Source of the DNA: Terriglobales bacterium | GTDB taxonomy: Bacteria > Acidobacteriota > Terriglobia > Terriglobales > Acidobacteriaceae | Direction: 5' to 3' | Length of the DNA: 24,000 nt | Assembly (NCBI GenBank): GCA_035604895.1 | Contig: DATNHO010000037.1 | Location: 1 to 24,000 of the forward strand | In this document: positions 23,477-24,000 of the stretch, piece after piece | Layout of the letters: every line of letters starts with the position of its first letter | How positions within the stretch are numbered: position 1 is the stretch's first letter | Program-made: the position numbers and the translations under genes | The notes under the pieces: model-generated | Seen by the model: only the letters and a program-made list of their open reading frames with translations | Told to the model about the DNA's origin: nothing | The model's database searches: none

Positions 23477-24000
23477 TCAGCGAACTTGCAGGCTATCTAA
23501 CACGTGCTCGAAGGTCGGCAGCAAGGCTTCAAAGTCCGCCTCGGGAGCGACAAACACCGTGTACAGCAAGACGTGCGAGCGGCCCAGCAACGCAATCAGG
23601 CGCACGCGCTCGCGCAGTGGATGACCGTTTTCCTGCACTGCTGATTTGCCAAACCAATCCAGTTTCCTGGCGTCTCTGCCATGCAGTGTAAAAGCCAGTG
23701 GGCTATTGGCTATCTGAAGATCAGAATTGGCTTGTTCGATATCGGCCATCAGCTCGAGGAGACCGTCATCCAGTTCCTGGCTGCTTTTGCCTTTCGGTTG
23801 GAAACCGCTGATCATCAGCCCGTAGGCGAGAGTGCCGTTCAAATATCCTCCCTCAGGATAGATGGTTACGCTTGTCGAGTCAGCATCGCCGTCGATTCGC
23901 CAGTTCTCCGGATAGCGAAGCGCGTAGGCCACGTGCTGAAAGTCGCGGAAGTTGGAGCTGGCAATGTTCTGCATCGACAATCTAGACATGAGGGCGGGCT
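23477..24000 (-). CDS. C-terminal part of a larger protein extending past the window edge (possibly the tail of an M48-type metalloprotease)
   Basis: The frame remains open upstream of the ATG at 23989 to the window edge (...PALMSRLSMQNIASSNFRDFQHVAYALRYPENWRI...). Family assignment is from memory of similar acidobacterial tails only. Confidence 0.5.
   Translation of the reverse strand, partial: PALMSRLSMQNIASSNFRDFQHVAYALRYPENWRIDGDADSTSVTIYPEGGYLNGTLAYGLMISGFQPKGKSSQELDDGLLELMADIEQANSDLQIANSPLAFTLHGRDARKLDWFGKSAVQENGHPLRERVRLIALLGRSHVLLYTVFVAPEADFEALLPTFEHVLDSLQVR

Noticed and set aside
23500-23935. Other CACGTG cores (near 23503 and 23931, also 7718 and 9651) as extra parS sites
   Set aside because: Flanks do not match TGTTnCACGTGnAACA. 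They are ordinary 6-bp occurrences.
1-24000. CRISPR arrays, tRNA/rRNA genes, prophage or transposase genes
   Set aside because: Looked for regularly spaced direct repeats, tRNA-like cloverleaf sequence, rRNA signatures and DDE/recombinase ORFs. None seen.

Overview
This is a 24 kb GC-rich bacterial chromosomal window. Gene content and style suggest an Acidobacteriota-like genome, but that is inference. It is mostly housekeeping DNA. In order it carries: the 3' end of secD and all of secF; a TonB-ExbB-ExbD-ExbD-TPR lipoprotein cluster; a small CxxC/CxxC protein and a membrane-anchored protein; a secreted GloVer-type repeat protein; a large secreted Pro/Ala-rich protein; a Bcp-type peroxiredoxin; a 3-methyladenine DNA glycosylase; panC, a lipoprotein gene and panB; two back-to-back toxin-antitoxin (TA) modules (AbrB/PIN and Xre/RES); a deoxynucleoside kinase; a polysaccharide deacetylase; hemL; a CsoR-family regulator with a palindromic operator-like site and a divergent microprotein ORF; an OprB-like porin; a third TA module (AbrB/PIN, minus strand); a DUF427 protein; a DDAH/amidinotransferase-like enzyme; and a minus-strand gene running off the right edge. 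The most notable non-coding signals are a perfect 22-bp palindrome containing the canonical parS core TGTTCCACGTGGAACA (23438-23459), near-leaderless promoter layouts with overlapping inverted repeats in front of all three antitoxin genes and the deacetylase, a REP/MITE-like inverted repeat between secD and secF, a degenerate tandem duplication of the TPR gene 3' end including its stop codon, and an orphan hairpin with a U-rich tail. No rRNA, tRNA, CRISPR array or transposase was recognised.
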